62,878 nt of DNA, filler included, from Globobulimina sp. (GCA_003354225.1; 55 parts of 55 records of this genome joined end to end with filler, not necessarily neighbours in it), one strand, 5' to 3'. Shown: positions 11,917 to 25,104, numbered from the whole stretch's first letter. The notes: generated by a model from the sequence alone, not told the origin. Translations and numbers: made by a program.

Positions 11917-12606
11917 CAGCCAAATTTCAGATTCCGAGAATAATTAAAGACAATGCAAGCGCTATATTCTTACTTATATTTATCCAGTACACATCAAATG
12001 ATAGGGTCCATGAAAATTATGCATATGAAACACATGTTTGCAGCGTATTTTGTCCCATAACAAACGCATATTATAATCTCTTCCCATATATGCCATACAC
12101 TCTCCATTGTCATCAACACAGGCACAGGACTCAAGTTTTGTGTGCCTGTCGTACACACAGATATAATGCATGAGATCCGTGACAGTATGTACAAACTCGA
12201 ATGATTCCAGCTTTTGATTATGATCTGTGTTGTATTAAAAAGAATAGAAATATAATTCATCATTGACTCCATTATCGCATACTATCTCGTCATTGTTGTC
12301 ATTGTCATCGCTCAATTGTATCTATGCAAATCGCAGCTTGGCAGAGTGCGTAAGTGTTGAGTTGTGAGTGTCGTATTCGGTAACATTTGCGGTCTTTCGC
12401 ACTGCCATGGTTCAACTGAGTTCCAAAGTGGTACAAAAGTGCTGGATCTTAACAGATGCTTTAAGTACGGAAATACGCTGTTCGGCGAATAAACTTAACT
12501 ATTTAGNNNNNNNNNNNNNNNNNNNNNNNNNNNNNNNNNNNNNNNNNNNNTTAATTAATTAANNNNNNNNNNNNNNNNNNNNNNNNNNNNNNNNNNNNNN
12601 NNNNNN

Positions 12607-13269
12607 ATTACAGCAATTGCGTTGATTTTAGCTCTTTCAGGAAATAATTCGTTAATAAATACTGGTGAAATTACATTATTTTTATCCTTCATTTCTCATT
12701 TTTTATTCAGTATATTATTTGCATGGCTATTATTTCGTAAAATATTCGTTATTATGCATCAACGATTAGACGCGCAAATCTCTCTAAGTTCAGACAAGAA
12801 TGAGGAGTTAGTGACGATTACAGGCACTGCGGAGTATGATGGCGGCGATGGATCACCAACACACATTGTACAGCAAATATCATTAAAAGATTTGAAATCG
12901 GCCACACGCTTTGCGTTGTTGATATTTATTGGCATTACATCGACGTATATTGCTACAATCATTGTGTTTATTGATTTATATTTGGGTTTGTCGTTAAGTG
13001 AACATATATGGACATGGTCCTCTGTCTTTATTGGGATTGATTTAATGGTGAATACCACGTCAATATATTTATTATTTCAATCAAATACGCGGAAATATTT
13101 TATGATTTGTGGTTGCTGTCATAAATTATGTGAGAAATGTTGCATTCAATGCGTATATTGCACTGCAAATAAAAACGAGCAATCCAATTCTGTTATTTCT
13201 CAGAATAAAACAAAACAAGATTTTGCTAATCTTATATTGGCTGCTGATGATAACCAAGTTATATTGTAA
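12607..13269 (+). CDS. 7TM/GPCR-like membrane protein, C-terminal part
   Basis: Three TM helices followed by a Cys-rich juxtamembrane tail (ICGCCHKLC). Confidence 0.55.
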   Translation: MTAIALILALSGNNSLINTGEITLFLSFISHFLFSILFAWLLFRKIFVIMHQRLDAQISLSSDKNEELVTITGTAEYDGGDGSPTHIVQQISLKDLKSATRFALLIFIGITSTYIATIIVFIDLYLGLSLSEHIWTWSSVFIGIDLMVNTTSIYLLFQSNTRKYFMICGCCHKLCEKCCIQCVYCTANKNEQSNSVISQNKTKQDFANLILAADDNQVIL

Positions 13270-13432
13270 TGCACTTAATTAATTAGTGTCGTAACCAAAA
13301 AGTAACCGAAAAAAAACAACTTATTATAATAAATCTTTTGTTTGCAAGAATCTTTCTATCTGTTTGTTTGTGATAAAGTTGAATTAGAACATACTATTAA
13401 TATTTATTATGTATTTACCATGTTTAAAAAAC

Positions 13433-13652
13433 TTAAGTTTGTTTCCATGCTCTTACATATTCGATTTGAAATGGTTGGTCTGGCATTTCCGAAGGAGTTG
13501 GCATGCCAATCCAATCAGGCATTGTTTCACGATCAAATTGCAAATTTAATGCATAATCTAAACAATAATTATCAATATTTCTGACTTGTTTGCCATCCAA
13601 ATATGTAATTAATTTTGATTGTGTCCAATTCATTCCATATGTATGAAATGCT
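13433..13652 (-). CDS. Glycoside hydrolase family 16, C-terminal fragment
   Basis: FHTYGMNWT..ITYLDGK..FDRETMPDW..FQIEYVRAWK. Confidence 0.8.
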
Positions 13653-13755
13653 NNNNNNNNNNNNNNNNNNNNNNNNNNNNNNNNNNNNNNNNNNNNTTAA
13701 TTAATTAANNNNNNNNNNNNNNNNNNNNNNNNNNNNNNNNNNNNNNNNNNNNGGT

Positions 13756-14649
13756 GTGAAACTGATTTTTTTCAGTTTGAAACTGAAAATGTTTGAACAA
13801 AAAAAGAATTTTGTATTTCAATTTGGTTTGAAACTGAAATATTTAGTGACAGAATATGTGTATCATCGACTGTCCACGTTATCGTCGACAAATAATTTAT
13901 CGCTGTATCATTGGAACGGAGGCGATGATATTCGATGGCGGCAATCCATGTTTCCCGCCGATGCGCATTTGTTAATGACTTTGTTTTGCCGCTATATGGA
14001 CGATGCCATGTGTCCCGCTATTAAATTTTCGGAGAAGCATTATATTCAAATCTCTTATAATGCCATTAAAAAAATCGATAAATTATACAAGAAATTCAAA
14101 GATATCGCAATAATTTGTGTTTGCGATACCAAATCTCACCGCCATTCTCGCTCAAAGTATCATAAAAATAGCGGTCAGAGTCGAATGTTTCAAAGTGCTC
14201 AATTTAACGATGAATACAAAGATATTATGGATCAGGACTCGTTGCCTTATTTTTTTATTGCGTTTAATAAGAAAAAATTTGAACCGAAAATCAAACATTT
14301 TGGTGAGTTCAAAAGCAAACAGTCAAATATTCAAAAACCAAAACATTTCTTATATAATGCGATAAATGGTTTGAATGACTCATTTAATAATTATTTCTAT
14401 GACAAATCAAATAAGCAAGAAATGAAAGAGGAGGAATTTTCGGAGAATGATGATTTTTTTAACGAGAAAAAGAAAAAAAGTGTGCATGTGGACAGTGTTG
14501 GGACATGGTTCCCGCAGCCGGGCAAAGACAATTTAATTCATACAATCACCTTATTTGCACTTTTTATTCATAGATATTGTGATGATAAGTTGACGGATAT
14601 TGCATTAAAAGACCAGGGATGCACTTTGCTTCAACCAATATTACGATAA
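13756..14649 (+). CDS. TMEM209: TMEM209-like protein, C-terminal part
   Basis: YHWNGG..W..FPADAHLLMTLFCRYMD and PGKDNLIHTITLF match conserved TMEM209 blocks. Confidence 0.75.
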   Translation: MKLIFFSLKLKMFEQKKNFVFQFGLKLKYLVTEYVYHRLSTLSSTNNLSLYHWNGGDDIRWRQSMFPADAHLLMTLFCRYMDDAMCPAIKFSEKHYIQISYNAIKKIDKLYKKFKDIAIICVCDTKSHRHSRSKYHKNSGQSRMFQSAQFNDEYKDIMDQDSLPYFFIAFNKKKFEPKIKHFGEFKSKQSNIQKPKHFLYNAINGLNDSFNNYFYDKSNKQEMKEEEFSENDDFFNEKKKKSVHVDSVGTWFPQPGKDNLIHTITLFALFIHRYCDDKLTDIALKDQGCTLLQPILR

Positions 14650-14959
14650 ATAATATATTTTTTCTGTGTGGGGGTTTTTATCACTTTTTATGGGGCAATA
14701 TGACAAACGACCTTTTCTTTTTGGATTTTGTTTTGTTTTGTTTTTTTTTATAATTTAATTGAGGAGTTATTCTATTCACAACAATAAGAAAAATGCTCNN
14801 NNNNNNNNNNNNNNNNNNNNNNNNNNNNNNNNNNNNNNNNNNTTAATTAATTAANNNNNNNNNNNNNNNNNNNNNNNNNNNNNNNNNNNNNNNNNNNNTG
14901 GCATTATTCATAATTATCATTTTATGACGTTCACAAATTAACCACATACAACTGATACA

Positions 14960-15944
14960 ATGCCGTTAACAAAAGCAAAATATGCAGTAACAAACAGAAT
15001 AGATATTGAAAAAAAACATTCCGAAATTAAGTTAAACCCAAACTTACATCGTGTTGATTCCACAGCGTCATGGATATCAGCAACAGTATCCCGAGCAGTC
15101 AATAACGGAGAATTAAGCAATTCCTGCACAATCTGCTATTATTCCATATGCTTCGCGATTATTTTAGCAATAGCATCAGTCCAAGGCATTATGTCCAGAC
15201 AAAGCGAAAACGATTTAATTGGTATCCAATCAGAAGACACTTGTTCCTCCGCTTTTGATTTTGTAACCAGAGCATGGGGCGGATCCAAATTATTTGCAGA
15301 GTCCATAGCCAGTGGTTTGACCGCCACAGCACTAGATTTTAAGAAAGACGATTTCCAATCATTAGGCATCTCAGTTGCTGTCAGATCAGAAACATCATTG
15401 ACATCCTTTCAATTTGTCAAACATTTGCATGATAACTCCGTACGCGCAGCGTATGAAAGTCAAATAAGAACAGAATTCAAGGACAGTTCCTTTATTATCC
15501 ACACACTGGATATGAGTGAGGAGTTTCCGTATTCAGATGATACATCTTATGATCCCATAATTTATTCCGCCGACAAAGAAGATGCCTTTGTGGTGGGCTG
15601 GTATCCCTATCCAGAAATATCCCGTCAAGCTGCTATCCAGTACTCATTGCTAACCGGCGAAACTAGCTGCAGTGCTCCTATTTTGTTAACAGAAGAAACC
15701 ATTAATCCCATTGGCATATTAGCATTTGCTCCGATGTTCACACGCAACAATGAGGCAACACATAACTTTTCCGAATCTGATGCTATATTTGGTTTTGTCA
15801 ATTGTATGTTTAAAATTGACGTATTAATGAACCAAGTATTGGATGGATTAGGTATTAATGATATTTCTCTGTTTTTCTATGATGATTCTCAGTATTTAGG
15901 CACCTGGCCCTCTGTGAATAGGACCGCCGAGGACATTGAAGGTA
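14960..15944 (+). CDS. Membrane sensor with extracellular CHASE domain, N-terminal part
   Basis: TM helix, then RAAYE..YDPIIY..RQAAI..TGE..SAPILL..GILAFAPMF..GFV. Confidence 0.75.
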
Positions 15945-16044
15945 NNNNNNNNNNNNNNNNNNNNNNNNNNNNNNNNNNNNNNNNNNNNTTAATTAATTAA
16001 NNNNNNNNNNNNNNNNNNNNNNNNNNNNNNNNNNNNNNNNNNNN

Positions 16045-17069
16045 ATAAATGTTAAACGATTCATTGTAGAATATATAGGATTGAATAATAAAGACAAATA
16101 TTCCAGTTTTGGACATTGTTTTTTTAATATAAATAACAATGAATCCGATTCTTGCAAATTATTGTTATTCAACCATAACGTTTTTAATTTTTTTAATGCA
16201 GGAAAATCATCGATATTTTTTAATCCATTACGATCCAATTGCAATGTGTGTAAATTACGAAAATATTTCAATTCCTGTAAAGAGGTTAATTTATTCTTTG
16301 TTAATATTAATGTTGTAATTAACGACGCATTGCGGTTATTTTTTGATAATGTCAATGATATTTTTTCTAGATTTTGTGCAGTTAAATTAAGAGTAGTTGG
16401 TTGCTGTTGATCGCCAAGGGATTCATCTTCCGAATGAATGGAGAGGACATCTTCGTCATTGCGCTTTAAATTATATTTTCGTTTTACAATCATATTCTCC
16501 ATTAATCGGGCAATGTTGTCCTGATATATATGTTGCAAGTTTTGCGACTGTGGATGATAGTCTTTACGCAACAAATATTTCCCGTTTATAACTTTCTTGA
16601 ACAATAACAAGGAGTTTATCCAAATCCTATAATTTATATTATTTGTATCATAAATATTGCATATTTCCAATTGCAAGTTATTTACAATACATTCCGCTTC
16701 GTAGCCTCTATCACTGAGCCAGCCTACATCCAAATACTTTAACTCTGAGGAATATTTTTGCTTTAATTCCAAGACTATGTCGAATTTTGTTTGCATTGCA
16801 ATGGAGCGATGTTTTGTTAATGAGGTTACACTTTTTATATTTAGTACATATTCGTTGAATAATATTTGTGGATTTGGCGATAATGAATGGCATGAAATAG
16901 AATAATAAAATTTTTCATTTTTATTTGATACTGTATTTCGTGAGAAAAAATGCATACATTCTTCCAAAACAAAATGAAAATTGGCAGTCTTCCAACAATT
17001 ATTTGCCATAAATGTTTGACGTAACATGTTATTATTTGTATATAGTAATAATACAAATAAATGTGTCAA
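16045..17069 (-). CDS. Leucine-rich repeat protein fragment
   Basis: LxxLxLxxNxL repeats (LHTLQLDRNGL, LKTLWLNNNNL). Confidence 0.75.
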
Positions 17070-17189
17070 TGATGTTGGTTTGTTCCAATNNNNNNNNNNN
17101 NNNNNNNNNNNNNNNNNNNNNNNNNNNNNNNNNTTAATTAATTAANNNNNNNNNNNNNNNNNNNNNNNNNNNNNNNNNNNNNNNNNNNN

Positions 17190-17733
17190 CTTGCAGTATT
17201 ACTTGCGCGATACGACCGGAGGCAATTTCCGCATTTTGGGTGTGCTGTTGGCGAAGGATGAGGTCCAGGCCGTGTCTGTGCTGTTTGCGCCGCTGTTGTG
17301 TGGCGCGTTGATCTCGTCGATTTTGAGCGGGATCATCAGTGATATTTATGGACAGCAAAGGAAGTTTTTGGTGTATTTCAGCGGCGCTGTCATGTCGGTT
17401 TGCTGTATTTTGTTTGGTTTGAATCGCTGGTTTATGTTTGATATTATTATATCATTGTTTTTTGGATTTGGCTTTGGCATTTTTAGCGCCATTGACTGGG
17501 CCATGGCCACGGATGTGCTGCCAAACCGACATTGTTATGGAAGGGATATGGGGTTTTGGAATTTATCGATGACTTTGCCGCAGATCATTGGCTCGCCCAT
17601 TGTGGGATACTTAATTGACATATTTCGACAAATGAATCACGTGCACTTGGGCTGGATGGCCATCTTTGCATTTTCGGCGAGTAATTTTGTTGTTGGTACC
17701 TTGTTGGTCAGAAAAATAACTCATGTCAAGTAA
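17190..17733 (+). CDS. MFS transporter, C-terminal half
   Basis: GIISDIYGQQRK motif A variant; AIDWAMATDVLP..GRDMGFWN. Confidence 0.85.
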
Positions 17734-17875
17734 ATGAGGTAATTTGTACAAGTAAATGTTTTTGTTTGTTGTTCCTTTCTCGGGGTAAAAAATCAATGCT
17801 AAATTAACTGAATATATCATTTTTTAGTGTACATTTTGTACATTTAAACAGAGTTAAAAATCTTTGCTGTAAATC

Positions 17876-18234
17876 ATGGCTTATCAGTTTGATGAAAAAA
17901 GAGACGATTCGATTGGAAGTGGTACCTGGAAGATTAAAACAGCAGATCTTTCCCTAATGATTAATTCATATAACGCATATCATGACCGACATGACGCGCG
18001 ATTGGTTAGTCCGTTAGTTTGTAATCCCAAATCACATATAATTGCCAGAATTTCTTTGACGGCAACACCCTCAAATAATGGTCAAATTTCGTTAAATTTC
18101 ACTCTTCATTCATCCCATTCAAATTATAGCAGTTGTATCTTACAAATTAAATGTAACCAGCCGTATTTTGACAAAATGAATAATACATCATGTTCTGTGT
18201 CTCATTCCATTGATAAATCATCATTATTTTCACC
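17876..18234 (+). CDS. MATH-like domain protein, N-terminal fragment
   Basis: GTWKI followed by a beta-rich pattern. Confidence 0.35.
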
Positions 18235-18334
18235 NNNNNNNNNNNNNNNNNNNNNNNNNNNNNNNNNNNNNNNNNNNNTTAATTAATTAANNNNNNNNNN
18301 NNNNNNNNNNNNNNNNNNNNNNNNNNNNNNNNNN

Positions 18335-19191
18335 TAATAATAAGCCTCTCATTAACACTACACTGAAAATTGGACAATACAGCACAGACAGCACCACTTT
18401 GGATGAACAAGATAATGATAACGATGAGGCCACGGATGATGAGGAAAGTAAGACCCTATCAAACGATGTCGATATTATTTGTGATGAAGATCTAGATTAT
18501 AAACGAGATTTTGATGACGAACATCTTATATCCGTTGGGAATGAGTCGTATTTATCTGAATTGTTTCTAAAACAACCTGTTATTATGAAGCTAAAATATG
18601 TATCAATTGGTCCAATTGTGTCAGGTACGTATTTTATTCAGGTCCAATCTCTAAATATTTTGTTTTATATATTATACAGACGAATGGCACAATAAATCGA
18701 TATTTTGGAAGATTCAGATATGTATGAAACGTGATTTTGACTATGTGGACAGTATGAAAGTGTATGAATTTAAATATTATAAAATTGAACAGGAAAATTT
18801 CCATAAAATGAAATTTAGTGCGTTTGATAATTTAACAGGCGGGAAACGAGCATTATCATTGAATGGCAATATATGTTTTAAAATCTTTCGTTGTAAGCGA
18901 GAAGGCAGCATTATCACTGATAAAAAAATCAAAGATGAATTTGGTGATTCCTATGAAAAGATGATTGGTTCCATTTGGATACATTCGCATTTTATACCTG
19001 CAAATTATAAGAAAGAAATTGATCAATTAATATTTAGAAAGCATGAAATTGATGGAATGTACAAGGATAAGAAAAATAAGACATCCATACCACAATCATT
19101 TGCATTTGAGATTGGTTATAGATGTTCGAGAATAAATAATAATGCAATCATTGAGAATTATAATAATACGGTTAAAATTGCAACTGTTTAG
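18335..19191 (+). CDS. PTEN/tensin-type C2-domain protein, 3' part; intron 18625-18679
   Basis: LNGNICFKIF..IWIHSHFI..FRKHEIDG..KDKK..F; a GT..AG intron joins the two ORFs in frame. Confidence 0.75.
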
Positions 19192-19479
19192 GGGTTGATC
19201 ATGAGATATTATATTATATATTTGATTAATTGTAAAAATTGTTCAATAATTGTTTGTCAGCATGTTTTTTTCATTATGTTTTTTTCTTTAGCCAAAAATC
19301 TCATTTTTTTTTTCTAAGTTTAACTTTAAAAATAAATATTTTTTTGTCCAGTCTGAACAGTGATTTTTTTTTTTTCTTCNNNNNNNNNNNNNNNNNNNNN
19401 NNNNNNNNNNNNNNNNNNNNNNNTTAATTAATTAANNNNNNNNNNNNNNNNNNNNNNNNNNNNNNNNNNNNNNNNNNNN

Positions 19480-20347
19480 CAACGGGCACTCTTCGCCGGT
19501 GTTCACGATGTCGTTCCTGCCGACGCAGAAAAGCAAGACGAAGGAGAAGAATGTGCCGCATATTCTGTCCGTGAGCAACGACGGGAAGCTCTGCATTTGG
19601 CGCACCGATCAGTTGTCGGTGAGGCCGGTGTCGCAAAGCGTGCTGAAGCCGTCCGACGATCAGAGCACTGCGCGGCAAATCGAACTAATCACCACTTGCT
19701 TCGACTATTCGTACCGGGACAGCACGCAGATTGTGTTGGGCAGCGACGAGGGCTACTTGTACAAAGCGGAGATCTTCAGCAGCGATGGCGGGAACAGTCA
19801 GAATGATGGCAGCAATGTGTTGAGTATCAAGGAGAGCATCAATGGACACTATGGGCCCATTACGAATGTGCAGTTTTTCAAACCGAGCAAGAGGTTTAAC
19901 TTCGGGTTCAAGGATAATGTGAGCGGGTTATACCTGACGTCGTCGTATGACTGGACGGTGAAATTATGGCATCAGACGGCCAAAATCGGCGGGAATAAGC
20001 CGTTGTCGATCATTGATCAGATGAGCGACTATGTGTACGATGTGAAGTGGAATATCGGTGGCAAGCCGGGAGTGTTTGCGTGCTGTGACGGGGATGGACA
20101 GATTAATTTGTTTGACTTGACGCGGGATTTTCGGCATCCGATCATTACCAAGAATCCGATTAAAATGCATCCGAAGAAGTCGAATATTGCCGCTACGACG
20201 TTGGAGTGGACGTTTGATGGCAAGTCTTTGCTCTGCGGCGATTCGGATGGGAATATATTGTTTTATAATGTGCACAAATCCATTGCCAAGCAAACGCTCG
20301 AATCGTGTGAAGCATTTCAGTCTGTGGCAAATAAATATATTGTGTAA
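19480..20347 (+). CDS. Cytoplasmic dynein intermediate chain (WD40), C-terminal part
   Basis: SVSNDGKLCIW, VLGSDEG, GHYGPIT, LTSSYDWTVKLW, DYVYDVKW. Confidence 0.85.
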
Positions 20348-20624
20348 ACTAATCGGTGCAGCTTTTCTTTTCTATGCAATATTAATTTATGTTCAATTTC
20401 AAAATGTCTTGTCTCGCTTTTTTTGCTCAACAAAACTTTTTTAAAGCTTCTTTTGTGTTTAATACTAAACGCAACCAGCCCCATACACGATAATTATGTA
20501 CATTTTGATTTAATCCTAAACAATNNNNNNNNNNNNNNNNNNNNNNNNNNNNNNNNNNNNNNNNNNNNTTAATTAATTAANNNNNNNNNNNNNNNNNNNN
20601 NNNNNNNNNNNNNNNNNNNNNNNN

Positions 20625-21669
20625 ATTTACGACTTATATTGTTTGATCAGGACAGGACAGTTTAGCTTGGCATACAAATTAATTCAAAGTGTGCGACGAT
20701 GCCTTGAATTTGATGATATTTGCGAAACAGTATATACTTTTTTATATTGTTATATGTTGCAAAGATTAAGCAAATATGCGGAATGCTTGCAAATATGGAG
20801 TGGAGTTGAAAAAAGATTCAATTACAAAACAATTGACCTCATGTTATTTCCATCGGAACCATTGGCCAAAGAGTCTTGTTCCAGAATATATCCTCGCGGC
20901 ATTAGAGAAGCAGGAATATATATGCCCAATACAGCTGTTTTCGATTTTAAATTGAAATGTTATATTGGCCTGAAACAATATCGCAATGCAAGGAAACTGA
21001 CTGTTTTTTATTATGATCTTTGGGGGAAAGAGGATCAGACAGTTTTTTACGATGGATATTTGGATTTGAGAATGGGAAATATTTCTGCGGCACAGACAAA
21101 ACTCAGATATATACCAGCAACGGCACCGCGTGGATTTGGTTGGAAACAAAATCAACATTATTTTGTATGTTTATATATTATATCTCATTTTGTTATTGTT
21201 ATATTACATATATATATATATGTTACTATATACAGGCTGGTTTAATGTACTATGCATTGAACGAGTATGATCATGCTAAATATCACTTAGTTTGTGCAGA
21301 ATATTCACAAGTATTTGGTGTGTATGTCGCTGAACACTTTTATTGGCTCTCTAGGACATTGATCAAATGCAAAGAATGGAAATTAGCCAAACGATTTCTG
21401 CAGAAAGCAAAGAAATTGACGCCGGAAATAGAATGTATTAAAGTTGAATACGATTCGACGATGGAGCTATTGGACAGCAAATTGAGTGAATTGAGATGTG
21501 CAAATATTAAATGTCTATCAAAAGAAAAGGACATCGAAACAGGTGTTTGTAATCTAAAAGTTTGCAAAGGATGTGGCAAATCTGTATATTGCAGTCGTCA
21601 CTGTCAAAAAGTGCACTGGAAAGCACATCGGGTGGAATGTGACCGTTCGTGGATATATTTATTCAAAAT
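20625..21669 (+). CDS. TPR + MYND zinc-finger protein; intron 21165-21235
   Basis: CKGCGKSVYCSRHCQKVHWKAHRVEC; in-frame GT-AG intron. Confidence 0.8.
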
Positions 21670-21769
21670 NNNNNNNNNNNNNNNNNNNNNNNNNNNNNNN
21701 NNNNNNNNNNNNNTTAATTAATTAANNNNNNNNNNNNNNNNNNNNNNNNNNNNNNNNNNNNNNNNNNNN

Positions 21770-22814
21770 ATAAAATGCCATATGTAAACACACAATATCC
21801 GATATGTGGGCGTGCGATGGAGAAATGTGTCACAGCTACGCCAAAGGATAAGATTGCTGAGCCTAACAATGCGCAATATTCTGCGCCTAGATATAGTTCT
21901 AATTTGCCTCCAATTACAGACGCTATTGCTTCAAATATGACTGCACTGCAAAATATCCAGTTGGTTCTGTGAGAATATGTGTTGTATAGCTCTTTCATTT
22001 CAGACTCGCTGCAATTGCCACAAGCTACGGATGCTAAATAAGAGGCGATGTATGGTTTGATGTTACCGAAACAAAAAGAACTGCCAATGGTAATCATTAA
22101 CAACATGGCACCGATCACAGTCAAATAGGGCGGGACCAAGGACTCATAGCGAGCTATAATATCAGTGAAAGATTCTTTGCTTGTTTTTGCTGCATACTTT
22201 TGTTGACTAGTTTTCTCTGCAGTTTTTTTCTTTTTTTTCTTTGGTTTTATGATGTTTGAAGGCGAGAAGTTAAGCGTTAAGATTACAGAGAGTATGCCAA
22301 ATATACAGAGTATGATTAGTATGTTGTTATAGGCATTGATGGAACTATTCATATTGCTGCAAATTGTAGCAAATATGATGGAAGCAGGAATTTCAGAGAG
22401 CATAATCATGGACGATATGGGTATACAGTTTGTAATGCCAAAGTTTTTTGCGACCGTTTTCGGTATAAAAGTATATATTGATCCTAGACACGCGAATAAT
22501 ACAATTTGCCACATAAATATCATTACATTTGGGCTGTATTGGCATAATGATAAGGTGGCCACGAAACAGGTTAATATTACCGATGTGGTAGCATTTGCTT
22601 TTTGAAATGATAGGAAATAGAAATCATATAAATGCGAATAGGTCAAACGAAAGAAAGCATGGAATATCGACGACACACTCCCAATCGCACTCAAATAGAA
22701 TGCATTGTTTATACCCAAATAATTGAAACTAAAATCTTGATATAATGCCACTATGAACATACAAATGGTTACATTTAACATCGTAATCACAAATAATTTC
22801 CAAAATTCGCGCAA
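21770..22814 (-). CDS. OxlT/OFA-like MFS transporter with two tandem MFS units, internal fragment
   Basis: About 6 TM helices (C-half), poly-Lys linker, then a new N-half (LTVIGA..IGSSFCFGNIKPYIASYL). Confidence 0.7.
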
Positions 22815-23530
22815 NNNNNNNNNNNNNNNNNNNNNNNNNNNNNNNNNNNNNNNNNNNNTTAATTAATTAANNNNNNNNNNNNNNNNNNNNNNNNNNNNNN
22901 NNNNNNNNNNNNNNTTCTATATACATGGGGGGGGTCTTGCTTTACATTGTTTGTTGATGTGTATATAAATGAATGTTTTGAACTCTTTTACTTCAAAGTC
23001 ACTTGCAACAATACATGGCAGGCAAGCCAGGATCAGAGCAATCCAATGCATTGCAGGACATATTCTACAAATCAGTCCATTCCTCACTCGCTGGTTTAGA
23101 CTCATCGCAACGGAGAAAACGTATCGCATCGGGATGGACCAATGCACAAGCAATGGACCAATGCATCGGGATGGACCAAACGCATCGCTATGAGTCAATC
23201 AGGATACAAGCGATGTCAATTGTCCTTTGTTTTATAAACCTAATTTAAATTTACAGTCCAATTTTCTCATAGTGAAAAAAATGATATCTTGCATGGAATG
23301 ATGATTTTTCAATTTAAGTCACCTACACAAAATTGAATTTCTATGATTATGAGATTATGAGAGGTTATCATGGTATTCATATCAATTCAGCGCATTTATG
23401 CGGTTAAATATAGGAATAATTAACAAAAAGAAAAACAAAAAATTCTCAAACTTTCTTCTGCATTCAAAACCCAAAAATCCAACACAAACCAGATATTAAA
23501 CTTCCAATCATTCCTTCCTTTAATTCGCAA

Positions 23531-23959
23531 ATGGAGACAGGAGACATTATAGGATGGTTTTGGTGGTCCATAATGGTGTTAATATCAACCATCAATTTTA
23601 TTTTACTGGTTTACTCTTGCAAACAATATCCCGACGCACCAACACAAATTCAGCCCAAAACAGAATATAAAATATTCAAGCTATCGGCAATTATATTCAC
23701 ACTCGTTTGCGCTTATCGTGCCGTGTTACCCCGCATTGATGTGACAAGAGTTTGCTGGTTTGATACACCTGCGAACTGGATTATATTTGGAAGAAGTGCT
23801 GCTTGCATTGCGGAGATATGTTGGGCTTTGCAAATGGGCTTATTATTGAGGAGATTTGCAATGGTAATGTATTTGCCACAGTATGGAATACATTTTGAAA
23901 GAGCGGGATTGAGTGTAATTGTGATTGCAATCATTGCAGAGTGTAATTCTTGGGCAAAT
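23531..23959 (+). CDS. Conserved uncharacterised membrane protein, 5' part
   Basis: CAYRAVLPRIDVTRVCWFD..FGRSAACIAEICWALQ motif. Confidence 0.6.
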
Positions 23960-24059
23960 NNNNNNNNNNNNNNNNNNNNNNNNNNNNNNNNNNNNNNNNN
24001 NNNTTAATTAATTAANNNNNNNNNNNNNNNNNNNNNNNNNNNNNNNNNNNNNNNNNNNN

Positions 24060-25104
24060 ATACACACTAACATTAATTCTTGACACAGGTGATACAGACG
24101 AGGATGCGTGCGAATGTATTTGCGGCAAATCAATGCGACTATTTATTCCATACAACGCCCCTCCAATGCCACCAATGATCGGTGGTGCATTGCCACCCAT
24201 AAACCAATTACAAGGATTCTGCAGTATTTGCCGTGTACAATTACTACCTACAAATTACGCCTATGAATGCAATGCAAAATCAGACAAACATCCAAATCTC
24301 CCCTATCAAATATGCAGTCGTTGTGCTCGATATTCAATGCAACAAAGCCACAAACGGCACCGGGATTATTATAGCCAACCTCCGCCGCACAATAATAACC
24401 AATATCAATGGGGTGCACCACCACCGCCTCGCAATAATAACCAATTTTCCTGGGGTGCACCACCACCGCCGCCACCAAACTATATCAATTACATACCACC
24501 TCATCAACGGTACAACATACATGCACCGCCAGTACCAAAGGCAGCAGCCATCCGTGCATATACATCCATGTCTCAATTTAACCGATTTTTAAACACGAAA
24601 AACAAACGAAAACACTACCAACAAGTGCACCAATTAGTGAATCAAGCGTCTGCTTCAGCCATCACATCCATCTTTGATCAAATTACAAGGTTATCTGATA
24701 AAAAAAAGCGACATTTATTGCATACAATTTATGATGCTTTTGATGCAGAGACAGTAGCAAAATATGATTGTTTTGGGAGCGATATTGATGATATGGTGGA
24801 GGAGCACGATATCGATACTATGATGATAGGCCCATCGCGGCTGAATATCGAGAATAAAGTGTCGATAATGGAAGATGTACAGAAACATATTATTATGGAT
24901 AATGAATTTGATTTGAATTTAATTGCCGGAAATGTGAATGTAGAATATGAGAATGATGACGATTTTCTGTTGAAAAATGCACATTTATTTGAACAACAAC
25001 AGAATGAAATGATGCGGATTAAAATGGTGCAGTCTGTGCAAGCGGATATCATTCGTGTTGATGAGGTAAAGGTTGCTGACAATATAGTCAATGCCATCGC
25101 AGAT
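24060..25104 (+). CDS. Proline-rich protein with Cys/His cluster, fragment
   Basis: CSIC..C..H..ICSRC; NNNQxxWGAPPPP twice. Confidence 0.55.

Noticed and set aside
11980..12330. In-frame TAA in a minus-strand frame as support for a ciliate-type code
   Set aside because: No recognisable homology to show the frame is coding on both sides; most genes here end normally in TAA
23120..23190. GCATCGGGATGGACCAA duplication
   Set aside because: Local slippage-type duplication with no further structure
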